Assembly: GCF_001194135.2 (NCBI RefSeq)
Contig: NC_068990.1
Span: 70,639,582 to 70,703,581, forward strand
Origin: Octopus bimaculoides
Taxonomy: Eukaryota
Reading direction: 5' to 3'
Length of the DNA stretch: 64,000 bases
Shown here: piece after piece, positions 60,072 through 64,000 of the stretch
Layout of the letters: each line of letters begins with the position of its first letter
How positions within the stretch are numbered: position 1 is the stretch's first letter
Position numbers and translations under genes: made by a program
Notes under the pieces: model-generated
The model's input: the letters and a program-made list of their open reading frames with translations, nothing else
What the model was told of the DNA's origin: nothing
Database searches by the model: none

Positions 60072-62321
60072 CTACAATTAACAAAGATAAAATATGTATA
60101 TTTAATATTTAATTATTCTTGACAGCCCAGCTGTCTCTGAGAACGGAAAGAGGTATTCTACAAGTAATATGAGAAATAGGAATTTATTGAAATAAGCATA
60201 TTATTAATTAAGGTAAATATTCACTGTGGAACATAGTAGCTTGTCCCCTATATATATTATAGTTTATACTTCTAGGGGCTAATAACATAAGATACAGGTG
60301 AGTACAAACAATAATTCAATGGATTATACACTTTTGCGATTTGGTGGATTTTGAGCCAATGTGATAATATTGTTTATTATCTTTAACTGAGCCATTTAAC
60401 AGGAGTTAAACAAATCTAAAAAATGTCAGAAGGTAAAAAAAATTAACTTTCTATCAAATTCTCTCCTTTCTAATTTGCTTAAATTTAAACAATCTAATGA
60501 GCTCATGTCTTTCTAGTATCACAAAACATTTTCACAAGGAACCAATTTCATTGTAATTCTATACATAGTAATCTCCCCTTGTATCTATTTGTAACCACTG
60601 ACACTAATATACTACAGACATTGAACCAAAGACTCTGAATAGTCATTTGACTCAGCCAGATGTCCTGCATTTCACACCCAGCTATCTTAAGAGGAAGATG
60701 TCTGAATTGTCACAGTGGGGATACCTTTGATTATGGGCCTGCTCACCAGGGCTGCTGACCTGGAGCTAAACAATAACTAATATACAGTTGTGCTATTACC
60801 ATACCACAAATCATGCTAGTTTACATCTGCCTGTGTAAAGAAATCATTATCTATGTTATTGTTTAACTCCAGGTCAGCCCTGATTCAGCAAACCTATCAC
60901 TAAAACATTCCAGCTTTGACAGTCTTATCTGTTGTACAGACATAATATTATTTTAAATTACATTATCCAATGCAGTCCTACATACAATAGTATTGTTGAT
61001 AATGGCTCTCATTCTCCAAATGTTTTCCACTAACATCACTTAAAATTTACACATTTCCTCAATTACTTTGGGTAGCAAAAGTCAGTAACTTTTGGGGAGT
61101 TTTCTAAACAATTCATATACCAAAATATCATTATCATTTAACATTCCCTTTCCATGTTGGCATGAGTGAGAATCAAAACTAAGTAGAGGAAAGTGAATAT
61201 TAATCAATAACTATCTTTGTTCTAATTAGTCTTGTAAGTATGGGAGACATTTTAATATTATCAGACTTCCTCAGCAAAGCATAGACTTCACAGTACTACA
61301 TGCTAAAATAGTCATGAGAGAATCATTATGTAAATGTACAATATCACACAAAGATGCCATCCATATGATATACAATAAATTAGTGCCAATCTATATAATA
61401 AATCCTTCATTCAATCAAATTTTCATTTTATGTCTGTTTTTTTTTTATGCTAGCATGGAAAATATGTTACTTTGACTGTGTTTAACAGCCAAATACTCTT
61501 TCTGTAACTAGTACTCATCTATTTTCCAAATAAGGGATCTCTTATTTCACACATTTTCAAAAGGGAAAAATGAGTGGATGACTTGTTGACAATAGAAGTG
61601 ACATTAACACCACTCATTATGATTTTTGAAGAAAGCAAATATAAACAAACCCACAGATACATACATACATACATATAATTTTTCATTTGTTTTTACATCC
61701 ATTTTTCCATGCCAGGATGGGTTAGGTGAATATGTGAGTGGAACATTTATTTTATAATTAGATGCCCTTTCTGATGCTAACCATTACCTGTTATTCAAGC
61801 AAAGTATCTCTATTTCAGCTACCAAATTCATCCCTAGGACATTGGTTGGCTTAGGGCTATGGTAGAAGACACTTGCCCAAGGTGTCACACAGCTATGCAG
61901 GAACATGCATGCTTGTATGCATGGATGGATTGATGGATGGATGGATGCTTGCATGCATGTGTCTATTTATTTATATGTGTATATCCTTTAATAATCAGCA
62001 ACCACTGTCAAATACTGTTATACATTTGAATGTCATTATTAATTGCACGGCTCATTTTTTTTGACACTGTGTTGATTATAAAAATATCAGTAACACTTCA
62101 GTTTTGACTACTTTTATTATTTTCATCCTTTAAGAATTAAATTTTTATTTCAGAGTTCAAACTTTCGCAGTATATTGATTTATATTTTTATTAAAACACA
62201 GAAAGTTAACATTTCCAAGTTAGAATGAACTCAGAAAATGAGTCTATCAAAAATAAGAATGAATGGAACATGACAACTCGAAGACATCAGTGTTAAACTT
62301 AACCTTAACTTTTTCATTAAA

Positions 62322-63597
62322 TGAGATGGTATCAAAAAGTCCCCAGACTAGTTATGTTTAATGAAAATTAACTTATTTACCTAAGGTTTAACATCATCTC
62401 CTTTGAAAAAGTCACCTTGTGCAACAATAAACTGGTCCCAGCGTTCTGTCAATTTTGGAATCTGGCCTGGAAGTCATTGTCTGTAACTGACTCAAGAACC
62501 TGCATTTCACTATTGATCTTGACAACAGCTTTAAAATAGCAACCTTTGAGCTGCATTTTCATCTTGGGTAAGAGATGGAAGTCTGCAGGTGCTAAATCTG
62601 GCAAATGGGATGGGTGTGGAAGCGATATCATGTTGTTTTTGGTGAGAAACTCACAAGAAGAGCTTGGTGACAGGGTGCTTTGTCGTGATGAAGGATCCAA
62701 TTCTTCACACTTCACAGATCTGGTCACTTTTGCCAAATGTCGTTCCTCAAATGCTTCAAAATGTAGCAGTAGAACTCTCGATTGACGGTCTGGCCCCGGG
62801 GGGCCAAATTCTCAATGTACAATACCACGTATGTTGAAAAGAATAATGAGCGTGCTCTTGATTGAGCTGCAGCTCTGTCATGCTTTCTTTGGTTGTGGAG
62901 ATGAAGGGCTCTTCCATTGTGATGACTGCTGCTTCATCTCAGCGTTTTTACCCATAGACCCAACTCTCATCACTGGCGATGATCCTCAACATGAAGGATG
63001 GGTCATCAGTGGCATGTTGATGGAGATCTTGACAGACTTCAATGCAATGTTCTTTCTGTTCAGTGGTCAGCAGGTAGGGGACACCTTGGCAGAGACACAC
63101 CGCATGTTCAATTCGGACCTTAGGATTGCCTGCACAGTCCCATACGACAGACCAACAACATCAGCAAAGTCATCGATTGCCCTCCAACAATCCTCATGCA
63201 CAAGCTGATGCATTTTCTCCACATTTCCAGGGTGACACTCATGGCAGGTCTTCCCGATTGCTCATCATCTTCCAGGGACTTTCTTCTGCATATGAAGTGC
63301 TTGCGCCATTCAAAACATTGCATATGACCCATTGCTTCACTGTTATAAGATTGCCAAAGAATGCTCAATGTCTCTGCAACAACTCAAAATTTCACATTGT
63401 CTTTTTATTCCTGTCCATACAAAATCACAGACTACAGCATACACATGATCACAAAAACACAAATTTCACAACTTGTGAAATCACTCAATACACTGCCTCA
63501 TGAAGGTCACTGTTAGCTCTCACTGTATATGCAACCATGTGCTGCCGTCTGCTGGCTTGCTGCAGAACTAGTCCAGAAACTTTTTGATACCACCTTG
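62322..63597 (-). mobile_element. Full-length mariner relic (1276 bp) with both TIRs
   Basis: TIRs tgagatggtatcaaaaagtccccagactagtt / aactagtccagaaactttttgataccaccttg + TA. Remnants QCFEW..SLEDDEQSGRP and PHPSHLPDLAPADFHLLPKMK. Confidence 0.85.
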
Positions 63598-64000
63598 TAT
63601 TTATTTGTCAATATTTTTAGCCAAGTCAAATAGTGCATATGTGGCCAATTGGTTAAAAAGTTCACAACACAACAATATGGTCTGGGGTTCAATCCCATTG
63701 CATGATACCTTAGGCAAGTCTTTTCCATTATAGCCCCAGGTTGACCAATGTCATCTGAATGAATTTCGTAGATGGAAACTGTGTGGAAGCTGGTTATATG
63801 TATATATGTGGATGTGCATATATGTGAGTATGTATCTTTACATTTTTACTTAACATGTAAATTTGCTAAATCACTGGGTATCTCTGCAATTTCAAAGACA
63901 AGTGCACAGTCAAAGCTTAGGAGCTGGAAGAGCATTTGACTGTAAAAACAACACATCAATAATATGTATCCATCCAACCATGCTCACATGGGAAAACAAA

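Overview
AT-rich animal genomic DNA from a gapped draft scaffold with six N-runs. The repeat families and dense (TA)n/(CA)n/(AAT)n microsatellites suggest an octopus or other coleoid cephalopod (inference; no database search was run). Three spliced genes were rebuilt by hand, with GT-AG sites and exon phases checked. (1) The last five coding exons of UBA6 (+, 5333-15489). (2) An apparently complete IFT46 (-, 39403-16318; nine well-supported exons plus a probable first exon and two tentative N-terminal exons), tail-to-tail with UBA6. (3) The last five exons of an ORP3/6/7-type oxysterol-binding protein gene (-, 60071-52686). Introns and intergenic DNA hold decayed transposons: RTE LINEs and their (GAT)n-tailed 3' ends, Tx1-like, HERO-like and Dong/R4 retroelements, SINEs, Tc1/mariner relics (one with DD36E spacing), Chapaev3-like relics, hAT- and piggyBac-type MITEs, and a Helentron-type element. 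The most unusual structure is at the 3' end of IFT46: a 265-bp fold-back with a perfect 45-bp stem, a 136-bp inverted pair (134/136 identical) bracketing a frame-symmetric exon, and a duplicated ~110-nt element with a G-U-tolerant hairpin. Together these suggest a dsRNA-based splicing, editing or circRNA module (untested). No tRNA, rRNA or CRISPR was found. Family assignments rest on recalled protein motifs, and many repeat boundaries are approximate.
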